DNA from: an uncultured bacterium
GTDB lineage: Bacteria > Bacteroidota > Bacteroidia > CAILMK01
Direction of reading: 5' to 3'
DNA length: 64,000 bases
Assembly: GCA_903829945.1 (NCBI GenBank)
Contig: CAIKRV010000063.1
Location: 26,502-90,501 of the forward strand
The notes under the pieces are model-generated. The model did not search any database. It was not told the DNA's origin and saw only the letters and a list, made by a program, of their open reading frames with translations. Position 1 is the first letter of the stretch. Every line of letters begins with the position of its first letter. Both the position numbers and the translations under genes were made by a program. Positions 29,760 to 40,577 of this stretch are shown one piece after another.

Positions 29760-29823
29760 TATTTAAAAATAAAACGACAAAACTAAGGCATCCCTTTACT
29801 CCCGGGCACTTTTCATTATAATG

Positions 29824-30984
29824 CTATTGGTAAATAAATTCCCCTTGTGCTGTTTTCAGGGTCACTTGTTTTCCATGAGCCATAGGCTCACAGTAGCCTA
29901 TAATTTTTGCGTCAATATTAAAAGATTTTGATAGGGAAACCAAGGCAGCAGCAGTTGCCGCATCCGTATATACTTCAAGGCGCTGTCCCATATTAAATAC
30001 TTGGTACATTTCGGCCCAATCGGCATTTTTTTGTGCCTGGATTAATTTAAATACAGGAGGTACTTCCAAAAGATCATTCTTTACAATATGCATATCAGAA
30101 ACAAAGTGCAATACCTTGCTTTGTCCACCGCCGGTACAATGAATCATACCGTGAATATTGTCTCTATGTTGTTGAAGAATTTGATTGATTAATGGTAAAA
30201 AAGTTCGCGTAGGAGAAAGCAATAATTTACCTACATTCGGCAAATCGGCAAAAGGCTCATCCGTAAGATTTAATTTACCGGTAAAAACATATTCTTTATC
30301 CATTTGCGGATCAAAACATTCAGGGTATTTTTGGGCGTAAGCATGGGATAAAGCCTCATGGCGGGCATAAGTCAATCCGTTGCTACCGATGCCGCTATTG
30401 TATTCGGTTTCCCAAGTAGCCTGTCCGTAGGAAGCAAATCCCACCACTGCATCGCCGGGCTGTATATCGATATTTAGTACCTCAGCTTTTTTGAGGCGTG
30501 CAAAGGCTGTAAAACCCACATCTACCGTGCGGACAATATCACCTACATCAGCGGTTTCGCCACCGCTCAGGTAGAGACTTAAGCCCTGTTCCTTCATTTG
30601 TTCAATAAAGGAAACCGTACCGCCAATTAAGGCTTTTAACACTTCCCCGTCCACAAGGTTTTTATTTCTACCAATGGTAGAAGATAATAAAATATGATTG
30701 ACGGCTCCTGCACAAGCCATATCATCCAGATTCATCACAATGGCATCCTGAATAATTCCTTTCCAAACGCTTAAATCACCGGTTTCGCGCCAGTACATGT
30801 AGGCTAAAGACGTCTTGGTCCCGGCAGTATCCGCATGCATAATATTGCAATAGTCAGGATCATTGCCGCTGATATCCGGAAGTATTTTACAAAATGCATT
30901 AGGGAATAAGCCTTTATCCAAGCCCTTAATAGCAGCATGGACTTCCGTTTTTTTGGCAGAAACGCCTCTTTTTTCGTAACTCAT
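29824..30984 (-). CDS. purM: Phosphoribosylformylglycinamidine cyclo-ligase (AIR synthase, Bacteroidota type)
   Basis: RGVSAKKTEVH, HADTAGTK, GGETADVGD, HCTGGGQ, MYQVFNMG. Confidence 0.88.
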   Translation of the reverse strand: MSYEKRGVSAKKTEVHAAIKGLDKGLFPNAFCKILPDISGNDPDYCNIMHADTAGTKTSLAYMYWRETGDLSVWKGIIQDAIVMNLDDMACAGAVNHILLSSTIGRNKNLVDGEVLKALIGGTVSFIEQMKEQGLSLYLSGGETADVGDIVRTVDVGFTAFARLKKAEVLNIDIQPGDAVVGFASYGQATWETEYNSGIGSNGLTYARHEALSHAYAQKYPECFDPQMDKEYVFTGKLNLTDEPFADLPNVGKLLLSPTRTFLPLINQILQQHRDNIHGMIHCTGGGQSKVLHFVSDMHIVKNDLLEVPPVFKLIQAQKNADWAEMYQVFNMGQRLEVYTDAATAAALVSLSKSFNIDAKIIGYCEPMAHGKQVTLKTAQGEFIYQ

Positions 30985-31060
30985 ATAGTTATGCAAAAAT
31001 AGGCAAAAAATAATAATAGCCCTGAAACCGGAGCCTCAGACTGAATAATAATTGAGAATC

Positions 31061-32392
31061 CTAATAACTATAAAATTGGAAAGTGCTTTTTTGACCATTC
31101 GGACTGATGCCTTCAATAATTATTCTGCCATTGGCACGCTCCATGGCAGCCACCAAATCCGATGCACTGGCATAAACGACATTATTGAACTTGGCAATTA
31201 TAAAATTTTCAGGAAGGTTCATACTGCGAATGCGACCATTGGTAATATTAAATACCCTAATGCCCCCATTGAGGTTGTATTTTCCCTTCTCTAAACGGGA
31301 AATTTCTTCAAATTCAGCACCCAAACTGGTAGATTTAACGCTGGTTTTTTGTTCTATTCCGGTGGTGCCTTGTTTATTGGTCAATACCAATTGGGTAATA
31401 TTAGATTTTCCTCCGTGAATATATTCAATTTGAATTTTATCCCCCGGACGATGATACGCCAGTTGTTCATCAAAAATGGAACGGGAATCAACTTGTCTTT
31501 GATCAACTTTGGTAATAAAATCTCCACTTTGCAAACCTGCATTTTCAGCATTACCTCCGGCAAAGATTTTTTTCAGATAAACCCCGCTAATATTATCAGC
31601 GGCCATTTTATTGGCTAAGGTTTCATCAATATCTACTACTTCTGCCTCCATAAAGGCCCTTTGTACAAATCCGAATTCTTTCAAATCGCTAATTACTTTT
31701 TTGACAATATTGGCAGGAATGGCAAAGCCGTAACCGGAATAAGAGCCGGTTTCGGATTGAATGGCCGTATTGATGCCTACCAATTCGCCATCAAGGTTTA
31801 CCAATGCACCACCACTATTACCGGGATTGATGGCAGCATCTGTTTGTATAAATGATTCTATCGGAAATTGATTTTTTACAATGTTAATATTTCTACCCTT
31901 GGCACTGATAATACCTGCTGTAACGGTGGAAGTTAAATTAAAAGGATTGCCTACCGCCAATACCCAGGAGCCAATGGCAGCTTCATCGGAATTAGCAAAA
32001 GTAATGGCAGGTAAATTTTTGGCTTCAATTTTTAATAAAGCAAGATCACAGGAAGGATCTGTGCCTACTATGGTAGCAGGGAAAGAACGTTTGCTATTGT
32101 TTAAAATTACTTCCAGATTTTTAACGTTATTAACCACATGGTTATTGGTAACAATATATCCATCATGGCTAATAATAACGCCGGAACCGGAAGTACCCAC
32201 TTGCCCGATGCTTCCAAAAGGATCCCAAAAGCTGGGCATGCGCTGCACCATGGAAGTCCCCTTAATATATACTACGGCAGGACGTGAAATTTCCGAGGCT
32301 TTAACAAAATCAAAGCCCGGACGATTTTGTCCTTGCACCGTAAAAAAACATAAAATAACTAAAAATGTAAGGCTTAAAAATTTTCTTAACAT
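31061..32392 (-). CDS. Do/HtrA (DegP-like) serine protease with PDZ domain(s)
   Basis: GSGVII, TNNHVV, DLALLK, IQTDAAINPGNSGG. Confidence 0.94.
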   Translation of the reverse strand: MLRKFLSLTFLVILCFFTVQGQNRPGFDFVKASEISRPAVVYIKGTSMVQRMPSFWDPFGSIGQVGTSGSGVIISHDGYIVTNNHVVNNVKNLEVILNNSKRSFPATIVGTDPSCDLALLKIEAKNLPAITFANSDEAAIGSWVLAVGNPFNLTSTVTAGIISAKGRNINIVKNQFPIESFIQTDAAINPGNSGGALVNLDGELVGINTAIQSETGSYSGYGFAIPANIVKKVISDLKEFGFVQRAFMEAEVVDIDETLANKMAADNISGVYLKKIFAGGNAENAGLQSGDFITKVDQRQVDSRSIFDEQLAYHRPGDKIQIEYIHGGKSNITQLVLTNKQGTTGIEQKTSVKSTSLGAEFEEISRLEKGKYNLNGGIRVFNITNGRIRSMNLPENFIIAKFNNVVYASASDLVAAMERANGRIIIEGISPNGQKSTFQFYSY

Positions 32393-32420
32393 TTGAAATA
32401 AATTTAAAATGTTTAAAATT

Positions 32421-33506
32421 CTAATCTTTATGCTGAATTACGTTGGCTGATATATGAATATCCATTTCCGGATTCATAGGGTCATTAGAAAAAACAGTAA
32501 TGTCTTTGGTTTCACGACCATGCTTACCTGCAGAGTAAAAAGTAACTTCAATTTCACTGCTTTCACCAGGTTTCAGGTCTGTTTTTTTAGGATCAGTAAC
32601 TGTACATCCGCAGGTAGATTTAACTTGATAAATCTTTAAATCCTTTTTACCCTTATTATAAAATTTAAAAGTCGTTTTTACAATTTCGCCTTCCTTCACC
32701 ACACCAAAATCATAAACACGCGTATCAAACTCCAAACGAGTAGCTTTGGCACGCTCTATATCAGTCATAGGAGGCATATATTGGTGCAAATCGCACATTA
32801 CACTGATGGTCTTCTCCGGTTCGGCTTCATCATCCGTATTTAATTTCATCATGCCAAGATTAAGACCTAAATCAGTTAATACAGTTGCATCCAAATGAAA
32901 AGGAATACGCACCTGTTTTTTTACCGGAATGGTTATAGGCAATGGCGCCTTCAAATAACTAACATTGCTCAGGCTTTTAATAATAATCGGTTTGGTTCCG
33001 GTATTATACACGATCAGGTCCTGAACAGTATCTTTTTGGTTATTAATAACGGAACCAAAATTCAAACTGTTAATAACATAATGCAAATTACCGGAAACAC
33101 TAGGAAAACTGTCTTCAAAGGTTTCAGTACGAGGAATTACTTCACCTTTAAAGGTTAGCATAATAATATTAGGAGTGGTATTGGCATATACCGTAATGTA
33201 TTTATTAAACAATCCCGGACGATTAGCAGGATCAAAAGTAGCACTGATAAAACCTTGGCGACCGGGCTTAATTTCTTCTTTGCTCCAATCAGGGGTAGTA
33301 CAACCACAACTGGGAACCACCTTGTCAATTTTTAACGGCTTATCGCCGGTATTGGTAAATTTATAAGTATAGCTGACTTTACCGGCGTCCTCCTTAATTT
33401 CCCCAAAATTATGAGTCGTCACTTCAAATTTTATAGCAGGGCCGTCCTGTGCAAAAACTGTGAAGGACAACAACATACTAAAAACTAAAAAGTATATTTT
33501 TTTCAT
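32421..33506 (-). CDS. DUF1573 (Ig-like) repeat secreted protein
   Basis: Signal peptide; two (H/Y)xFG...F.N.G...L.I..V..xCGCT repeats; TATATTTG box at 33522-33529 (-). Confidence 0.88.
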   Translation of the reverse strand: MKKIYFLVFSMLLSFTVFAQDGPAIKFEVTTHNFGEIKEDAGKVSYTYKFTNTGDKPLKIDKVVPSCGCTTPDWSKEEIKPGRQGFISATFDPANRPGLFNKYITVYANTTPNIIMLTFKGEVIPRTETFEDSFPSVSGNLHYVINSLNFGSVINNQKDTVQDLIVYNTGTKPIIIKSLSNVSYLKAPLPITIPVKKQVRIPFHLDATVLTDLGLNLGMMKLNTDDEAEPEKTISVMCDLHQYMPPMTDIERAKATRLEFDTRVYDFGVVKEGEIVKTTFKFYNKGKKDLKIYQVKSTCGCTVTDPKKTDLKPGESSEIEVTFYSAGKHGRETKDITVFSNDPMNPEMDIHISANVIQHKD

Positions 33507-33686
33507 GGCAATATATTTAGGCAAATATAGTGAATATTCTTAGCTCTATCCTTAACAAGTTTTGTGCCGAACCTGAGCGCGCAGTAAAATTGTATTATTC
33601 AGCGTTGAAATACATTTCTTTGGATGAATTTTTGTAAATTTGAACTTTACTGCGTACAAAACGTTAATACTTTTTTGAATAATCTT

Positions 33687-34238
33687 ATGAAAGTTTTCGC
33701 ACCTCTTTTACTGCTTGGAAGTTTTGCCCTCCTATTTAGTTGTACCTCCCAAAAAAGCGGGGAACTCAGTAAAGTCAGTAAAACCAATGGCACTTCAGCC
33801 TTGACAAGCAATTCGGATGAAAATGAAAAAAAATCAAATAATGCCGAATTGAAATGGTATAACTGGAATGAAGGATATGCCCTTTCTCAGAAATCAAAAA
33901 AAATCGTTTTAGTTGACCTCTATACCAGTTGGTGCGGATGGTGTAAACGAATGGATCACGATACCTATACCAATCCGGAAATTATAAAGTACATTAATGC
34001 GAATTTTATTCCCATTAAACTTAATCCTGAAGCAGAGGGCACTTATACGGTTGATAATTTAAGTGTAAGCGGTGCCCAATTGATGGGGATGCTAACCAAT
34101 AACCAAAACACCGGATATCCAACCATTATTTTTATTTATCCTACCAGAAATATAGAATTATATCCGGGGTATCAAGATGCGGCCGGATTTAAAACGACCT
34201 TAGCCAGTATTGTTGAAAAATCCAATACTAAAAAATAA
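33687..34238 (+). CDS. Thioredoxin-fold lipoprotein (DUF255/SoxW-like)
   Basis: Lipobox LLFSC; VDLYTSWCGWCKRMD; GYPT; TAAATTTG box at 33635-33642. Confidence 0.85.
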   Translation: MKVFAPLLLLGSFALLFSCTSQKSGELSKVSKTNGTSALTSNSDENEKKSNNAELKWYNWNEGYALSQKSKKIVLVDLYTSWCGWCKRMDHDTYTNPEIIKYINANFIPIKLNPEAEGTYTVDNLSVSGAQLMGMLTNNQNTGYPTIIFIYPTRNIELYPGYQDAAGFKTTLASIVEKSNTKK

Positions 34239-34287
34239 GGTGCAAAATTTCGCATTTCTTTATTAATCAAGATTTAATTTCAGTGTA

Positions 34288-35688
34288 ATGAAAAAAGGCA
34301 GCATTCTTGAAAATGTACCTATTATTGATATTGGTGCCAAAGGTAAAAGTGTTGCCAAGGATGATCAATTTATTATTTTTACGGATGGGGCCATTCCCGG
34401 GGATATAGCCGATATAAAACTGCTAAGAAAAAAGAAAGGTTTCGGGGAAGGCATAGTAACTGAAATAAAAAAATATTCTAAAGATAGAGTTCAGGCATTA
34501 TGTCAGCATTTCGAATATTGCGGGGGTTGTAGCTGGCAGAACATGAATTATAATACGCAATTACAATTCAAGCAGAAAAGCGTGACAGATGCCATGCAAA
34601 GAATCGGGAAAATAGCCTTTGAAGATTCTTTACCGATTATTGGCTCCGCACGCACCGAATATTATCGCAATCGTTTGGATTTTGCATTTTCCGATCGACG
34701 TTGGAGAACGCCGGAAGAAATGGGAGATCCGGAAATGATTCATGAGCCGGGATTAGGATTCCATGTGCCTGGGAAATTTGACAAAGTATTGGATGTAAAA
34801 CGTTGTTATTTACAAATGGATCCTTCCAATAATATCCGATTGGCGATTCGAACATATGCGATTGAAAACAATCTGGATTTTTTTGATTTGCGCAAGCAAA
34901 GCGGTTTCTTAAGGTCCTTAGTGATTCGAACCACCATGGCCGGAGATTTGATGGTACTGATCAGTTTTTTCAGGAATGACAAAGAGGAAATTAATGCCTT
35001 AATGGACTTTGTAAAAAACAAGTTTCCGCAAATCAGTTCTTTGTATTATGTTATTAATCCAAAGGCCAATGATACGATGTACGATTTGGAACATTATTTA
35101 TATCATGGTCATCCGCATATAAAAGAAAAACTCAACAATATTTGGTACCAAAGCGGACCAAAATCATTTTTCCAAACCAATCCATTTCAAGCAGAGGTTT
35201 TGTTCCAAAAAACTAAGGAAATGGCCGGACTCAAAGGAAATGAAATTGCATACGATTTATATACCGGTGTGGGCAGTATTGCACTTTATATTGCCAATGC
35301 AGTTAAAAAAGTTATCGGCATAGAAACAGTAGAGGAAGCCATCGCTTTTGCGAAGTTAAATGCGCAAGAAAATAAAATCGATAACGCAGATTTTTTTGCC
35401 GGAGATGTTAAATATCTTTTTAATGATTTATTTATAGAGCAACACGGAAAACCGGATATTATTTTTACTGACCCTCCTCGGGTAGGTATGGATAAAGAAG
35501 TTGTGGCACAAATACTTCGTTTAGCTCCTGAGAAGGTAGTGTACGTAAGTTGTAATCCTGCTACCCAAGCCCGTGATTTGGATTGGATGCGAGAAAGGTA
35601 CAGACCTATTGCTATGCAAGCGGTAGATATGTTTCCGCATACCTATCATGTAGAAAATATTGCAGTGCTGGAAAAAATTCGTCCATAG
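34288..35688 (+). CDS. rlmD: 23S rRNA (uracil-C5)-methyltransferase RlmD
   Basis: TRAM N-terminus, CQHFEYCGGC, SFFQTN, DPPR, YVSCNPAT, DMFPHTYHVE. Confidence 0.93.
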   Translation: MKKGSILENVPIIDIGAKGKSVAKDDQFIIFTDGAIPGDIADIKLLRKKKGFGEGIVTEIKKYSKDRVQALCQHFEYCGGCSWQNMNYNTQLQFKQKSVTDAMQRIGKIAFEDSLPIIGSARTEYYRNRLDFAFSDRRWRTPEEMGDPEMIHEPGLGFHVPGKFDKVLDVKRCYLQMDPSNNIRLAIRTYAIENNLDFFDLRKQSGFLRSLVIRTTMAGDLMVLISFFRNDKEEINALMDFVKNKFPQISSLYYVINPKANDTMYDLEHYLYHGHPHIKEKLNNIWYQSGPKSFFQTNPFQAEVLFQKTKEMAGLKGNEIAYDLYTGVGSIALYIANAVKKVIGIETVEEAIAFAKLNAQENKIDNADFFAGDVKYLFNDLFIEQHGKPDIIFTDPPRVGMDKEVVAQILRLAPEKVVYVSCNPATQARDLDWMRERYRPIAMQAVDMFPHTYHVENIAVLEKIRP

Positions 35689-35722
35689 GCAGAAGCCCGG
35701 GAATAAAATATAAAATCCAATA

Positions 35723-35756
35723 AATAAAAATGCCACCCGTAGGTGGCATTTTTATT
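35723..35756. terminator. Bidirectional terminator between rlmD and tonB
   Basis: AATAAAAATGCCACC-cgta-GGTGGCATTTTTATT. Confidence 0.88.
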
Positions 35757-36549
35757 ATTTAATTCTAAATGTAATCGGGACGGTATAAGTTACGCGGACG
35801 GGTTTGCCATTTTGCATTCCCGGTGCAAAGGCAGGTAAGGTTTTAACCACCCTCATTGCTTCCGCATTCAGACCCAAGTCATTTTTAATGCCTTTTTTAA
35901 CACTCACATCACTAACGTGACCATCTTTTCCAATAACGAAAGCAACAATTACTTTGCCTTGAATATTATTATCCAAAGCTTGTTGCGGATATTGGATATG
36001 ATTAGAAATATAAGCTAATAAGGCATCATCCCCACCCGGGAAGGCAGGCATTTTTTCAATGCTCACCAAATCATACACGGTATTATCCTCAGCAGGAGCA
36101 ACGTCTTTGATAGGTTCAGCAATAATATCCTTGGTTCCTTCTTTAGTTTCGGAGCCGATATTAGCTTTTTCTTTTACTTCCTCAACGGTTGCAATTTTCT
36201 CTTCTTTGTGAACTACCTCCACAATTTTAGGAGGCACGAATTTAATTTGCTCCGGTTCAGGAAGTTTTACTTCAGGTGGAGGAGGTAATTCCTTATTGGT
36301 TGGAGGAGGTTCTGTAAGGGTACCGCTTACTGCCATACTTTCATCTAATTTCACTTCTTTAGAAGGATGAATTAAAGAAAGAATATAGGGAGTCACCGCA
36401 AAAATAATTGCAAAACCAACTGCAAAAAGGAAGCCCATCCATACGTATCTCAGGTACTTCATCCTGATATCATACGCACCATAGGATTTATTTCTGTTTT
36501 CAAAAATAATATCCTCGATTGTTCCGTTATATATACTCTCTTGAGCCAT
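35755..36549 (-). CDS. tonB: Energy transducer TonB
   Basis: IIFENRNKSYGAY, TM helix, Pro-rich linker, MPAFPGG..YP..A...IQGKV...PITF. Confidence 0.92.
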   Translation of the reverse strand: MAQESIYNGTIEDIIFENRNKSYGAYDIRMKYLRYVWMGFLFAVGFAIIFAVTPYILSLIHPSKEVKLDESMAVSGTLTEPPPTNKELPPPPEVKLPEPEQIKFVPPKIVEVVHKEEKIATVEEVKEKANIGSETKEGTKDIIAEPIKDVAPAEDNTVYDLVSIEKMPAFPGGDDALLAYISNHIQYPQQALDNNIQGKVIVAFVIGKDGHVSDVSVKKGIKNDLGLNAEAMRVVKTLPAFAPGMQNGKPVRVTYTVPITFRIK

Positions 36550-36560
36550 TTTATACTTTA

Positions 36561-37118
36561 TTATTTGTTTTGATAAACGGCATCTTCTTCTGATGGAGTA
36601 ATATCAACTACTGCATAGAATTTAATATGACCGATATTCATTTCATCAAATATATTTACAAGGTTTTTGTATTTGGATTTGCCGGTAGGCTTTATAATAC
36701 AAAACAATTCCCTGTCTTCTACTTTTAAACTGGCATCATTTCTGAGCCATGTTCTACGTTCCTGCAAAATCTTACGAAGTCCGTCCGGTGAATAATCAGT
36801 TCTTTCCAATTGTGGTGCTTCACCTTTTTTAGGGAGACCATAATAATAAAACAATTTATCACTCGGCCCAAGCAATAAAGTCATGGCTCTATCCTTGGCT
36901 AATTCGGTTTGATCTTTAGGTTTTACTTTATCATCTGGCATAACAATTTCCATGGTTTTAGGTTTATTCATGGAAGTTGCCAGCATGAAGAAGGTCAACA
37001 GCAGGAACGCAAGGTCCACCATAGGAGTCATATCGATATGTGTCGAATGTTTCTTCCCTTTAGGTTTTCCTCCGCCCTTTTTGTGGCCGCCGCCACTATC
37101 CTGACTTACTTCTGCCAT
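36561..37118 (-). CDS. exbD: Biopolymer transporter ExbD
   Basis: IDMTPMVDLAFLLLTFFML. Confidence 0.92.
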   Translation of the reverse strand: MAEVSQDSGGGHKKGGGKPKGKKHSTHIDMTPMVDLAFLLLTFFMLATSMNKPKTMEIVMPDDKVKPKDQTELAKDRAMTLLLGPSDKLFYYYGLPKKGEAPQLERTDYSPDGLRKILQERRTWLRNDASLKVEDRELFCIIKPTGKSKYKNLVNIFDEMNIGHIKFYAVVDITPSEEDAVYQNK

Positions 37119-37139
37119 ATTATTTTATCTTGAATGCAC

Positions 37140-37745
37140 TTATTCATCGCGTTTCATATTAGTAACGAGATTAAACCTGTGCGCATTGTTATTTGTAAAA
37201 GTTTTAACGACTTTATGAAAAGCCTCATAATCCGATTCACGGTCGCCCTTTACCACCAGCTTATCTTCGATAAAATGTTGGCGAGCTGTATGTACCCAAG
37301 TAGATAATTCATTGCTTGGGTTGGTGGTAGTATCTGTAGGTATTCCGGGTTGTACGTATTTACTCCTTTGCTCCGGCTCTAATCCCAAAAACCATTTTAA
37401 TTTATCAAAAGGAACCCCGAAAGTTGAAATAACTGCAAATGCATTTTTTTCCTTGTCGGTTAGCTTTAATCCTTTAGCTTCATCAATGGCTGAGATTAAT
37501 TCAAGTCTGCGTTTTTTATTGTCTGTATTTAAAAATACTTGCCCTTTGGGAGAAACAGTTACAACAATAAAACTATCATCCGGTGCATCCAAATTTGAAA
37601 TGGAAGGTGGAGTATCTACAACAACAGGTTCATCAGCTTTAAACTTAGTAGTAAGCATAAAGAATGTAACCAGCAGGAATGCCAGGTCAACCATGGGCGT
37701 CATGTCCAAGCGCGGACTCTTACGCGGTAGTTTAATCTTAGGCAT
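37140..37745 (-). CDS. exbD: Biopolymer transporter ExbD (second copy)
   Basis: LDMTPMVDLAFLLVTFFML, KGDRES. Confidence 0.92.
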   Translation of the reverse strand: MPKIKLPRKSPRLDMTPMVDLAFLLVTFFMLTTKFKADEPVVVDTPPSISNLDAPDDSFIVVTVSPKGQVFLNTDNKKRRLELISAIDEAKGLKLTDKEKNAFAVISTFGVPFDKLKWFLGLEPEQRSKYVQPGIPTDTTTNPSNELSTWVHTARQHFIEDKLVVKGDRESDYEAFHKVVKTFTNNNAHRFNLVTNMKRDE

Positions 37746-37755
37746 CCTTGTTTAA

Positions 37756-38574
37756 TTATTTATTTTGGTTGCTTGAAGCAAATGATTGTGAAATACTGAA
37801 GCTTGCTTCATCAATACGGTAAGTAATACCATCAATTGATGTTGTAAACGTATTATAAAGTACAATGGCAATAGCAGAAGTACCGATACCGAATGCAGTA
37901 TTGATCAAAGCTTCTGAGATACCAGTAGATAAAGCTACGGAATCCGGTGCACCGGCTGTGGCCATCGCTGCAAATGAACGAATCATACCAAATACTGTTC
38001 CTAATAGTCCCATCAAAGTTGCAATGGAGGCAATGGTGGAAAGAATAACTAAATTCTTTTCTAACATTGGCAATTCCAAGCTGGTAGATTCTTCCAATTC
38101 CTTTTGAATGGAGGCTAATTTTTCATCTTTGCTCATGCTGGAATCGTTGGCAACTTGTTTGTATTTGGTTAAACCGTTTCTTACTACATTACCAATAGAA
38201 CCTTTTTGAAGATCACATTCTGCGATGGCAGCATCTACTTTACCTTCGGCTAATAAATTCTTAATATTACGAAGGAAGTTATCACCATTTCCGGTGCCAC
38301 GAGATGCATTAATGGTTAAAAATCTTTCAATTGCGAAAGTTATTACCATTAAAAATAAGGTCATTAGTACAGGTACCAAAAAACCACCTTTGTAGATTGT
38401 TCCAAGGAAATCACCCGGTTTTGGATTTTTGGTCACATCATTATCCATAAAGTGGGAAGGACTTCCCATTACGAATTTGAAAATGATGTAAGAAACACCT
38501 AAGCCTAATACGATCACCACTAAGGTGAACATTGATTTCCAGCTGCTTGACGAATTTGTCTTGTTATTCTGCAT
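37756..38574 (-). CDS. exbB: MotA/TolQ/ExbB proton channel
   Basis: ATLMGLLGTVFGMIRSF, GISEALINTAFG. Confidence 0.93.
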   Translation of the reverse strand: MQNNKTNSSSSWKSMFTLVVIVLGLGVSYIIFKFVMGSPSHFMDNDVTKNPKPGDFLGTIYKGGFLVPVLMTLFLMVITFAIERFLTINASRGTGNGDNFLRNIKNLLAEGKVDAAIAECDLQKGSIGNVVRNGLTKYKQVANDSSMSKDEKLASIQKELEESTSLELPMLEKNLVILSTIASIATLMGLLGTVFGMIRSFAAMATAGAPDSVALSTGISEALINTAFGIGTSAIAIVLYNTFTTSIDGITYRIDEASFSISQSFASSNQNK

Positions 38575-38828
38575 TTTTCTAAGATTTAAATAATTTCTAG
38601 TCGTTATTAAAATTTGTTCGTTTTACCAGTTTGCAAAATTATACTTTATTTCATTTTATAAAGCCCTTTGCCATTAATTTTGTGCGGGTTCATGTTTTGT
38701 TAATTTATATTTGCTGCAATTATTGGAATTTTAACCTCCTTTTTAGCATTAATACCAATTCATGATTCAAAGTAAATAGCTCCGGACTTAAACTGAAAAG
38801 ATAATTTTTTTAGTTTATCGGATGAAGT

Positions 38829-40577
38829 ATGAAAATAGTTACACTCTTTAGAAAGAAATCAATAGATCATATCCTGCATGAGGCTGAAGCCGGGTTGCCT
38901 GAAGGTCATCATGAACTAAATAAAGTACTTACCGTTCGCGATTTAACTGCAATGGGTATTGCTGCTATTATCGGTGCCGGGATATTCAGCACCGTTGGTA
39001 AAGCCTGCTTTGACGGTGGACCTGCAGTTGTCTTCTTATTCATTATCACAGCAATAGCCTGTGGATTCTCTGCACTTTGTTATGCCGAATTTGCCTCCAG
39101 AATACCTGTTTCAGGAAGTGCTTATACTTATTCCTATGCTGCTTTCGGTGAAATTATAGCCTGGATTATTGGTTGGGACTTAATTATGGAATATGCCATC
39201 GGAAACATTACGGTGGCAATTTCTTGGTCCGGCAATTTAACCAGCTTTTTAAGCAATATTGGGCATGGGATGGGTTTGAATTTAAACTTGCCGGAATTTT
39301 TAAGTACCAGTTTTTTTACGGCCAAGAGTGCTCATGATTCTGTTTTACAGTCTATTGCAAACAATACTACTCCTAGTTCCGAGCAATTGGCTTTGCATCA
39401 TTTATGGGTAAGTGCTCCGCATTTGGGAGACCTACCAATCATTCTTAATTTACCGGCACTATTTATTACTATATTTATTACCTGGCTGGTTTTTATCGGA
39501 ATAAGGGAAAGTAGAACCTCTGGAAATCTAATGGTTGCCTTTAAATTAATTGTCATATTATTAGTCATTCTTATTGGCTTTTTTTATGTCAACCCCGAAA
39601 ATTGGGTTCCTTTTGCCCCAAATGGCTTTGGCGGGGTAATGAAAGGGGTTTCGGCAGTATTCTTTGCCTATATCGGGTTTGATGCCATTTCCACCACTTC
39701 CGAAGAATGCAAAAACCCACAGAAAGATTTACCCAGGGGAATGTTTTATTCCTTGATTATATGTACCGTATTATATGTATTGATTGCTTTGGTCCTGACA
39801 GGAATGGTAAATTATACCAAATTGGATGTCCAAGATTTTTTAGCTACTGCATTTAACCAACGGGGCCTTAATTGGTTAGGTGGTGCAATTGCACTGAGTG
39901 CCGTTATTGCTACCACTTCTGTATTACTGGTATTTCAATTAGGACAGCCTAGAATTTGGATGAGTATGAGCCGTGATGGTTTATTGCCCAAGAAATTTTC
40001 CAAGATTCATCATAAATACAGAACCCCTTCATTTTCTACCATTATTACCGGTTTATTAGTAGGTATCCCAAGTTTGGTATTGGATTCAGATTTCGTTACT
40101 GACCTCACCAGTATTGGAACCTTATTTGCTTTTATATTAGTATGTGGAGGAATTTTATTTATCCCTCGTCAAAAGAAAATGAAAGGCAGGTTTTCTCTTC
40201 CATATATAAATGGGAAATATATTATTCCCACTATGTTTTTGGGCTTGCTTGCCGCTATTTTTATTTTCAATCCTAATTTCTTTAGTCAATTCTTCAGCTT
40301 GCATGATATTAAACAACCTGATTTAAATGCATGGGAAGTGTTTAGAGAACGGCTCCCCTATTTTATTTTTTCAATACTACTAATAGTCATAACAATTGCA
40401 AGCTTTTTAAAAAGCTATTCCTTAATACCGGTATTAGGCCTTATATCCTGTTTTTATCTGATGACCGAATTAGGGATTAGAAACTGGGAAAGGTTTATTA
40501 TATGGCTGATTATCGGTTTAGTCATTTATTTCTCTTATAGCTATAAAAAAAGTAAATTACACAAAATAAAAGCATGA
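38829..40577 (+). CDS. APC-family amino acid permease
   Basis: IIGAGIF, ALCYAEFAS, GSAYTY, FAYIGFD; TATATTTG box at 38706-38713. Confidence 0.93.
   Translation: MKIVTLFRKKSIDHILHEAEAGLPEGHHELNKVLTVRDLTAMGIAAIIGAGIFSTVGKACFDGGPAVVFLFIITAIACGFSALCYAEFASRIPVSGSAYTYSYAAFGEIIAWIIGWDLIMEYAIGNITVAISWSGNLTSFLSNIGHGMGLNLNLPEFLSTSFFTAKSAHDSVLQSIANNTTPSSEQLALHHLWVSAPHLGDLPIILNLPALFITIFITWLVFIGIRESRTSGNLMVAFKLIVILLVILIGFFYVNPENWVPFAPNGFGGVMKGVSAVFFAYIGFDAISTTSEECKNPQKDLPRGMFYSLIICTVLYVLIALVLTGMVNYTKLDVQDFLATAFNQRGLNWLGGAIALSAVIATTSVLLVFQLGQPRIWMSMSRDGLLPKKFSKIHHKYRTPSFSTIITGLLVGIPSLVLDSDFVTDLTSIGTLFAFILVCGGILFIPRQKKMKGRFSLPYINGKYIIPTMFLGLLAAIFIFNPNFFSQFFSLHDIKQPDLNAWEVFRERLPYFIFSILLIVITIASFLKSYSLIPVLGLISCFYLMTELGIRNWERFIIWLIIGLVIYFSYSYKKSKLHKIKA

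Noticed and set aside
35723..35756. Dispersed copy of the array motif (CCCGTAGG hairpin)
   Set aside because: The loop is CGTA, not CCGTAA, and the hairpin has A/T tails between convergent genes; it is explained as a bidirectional terminator.
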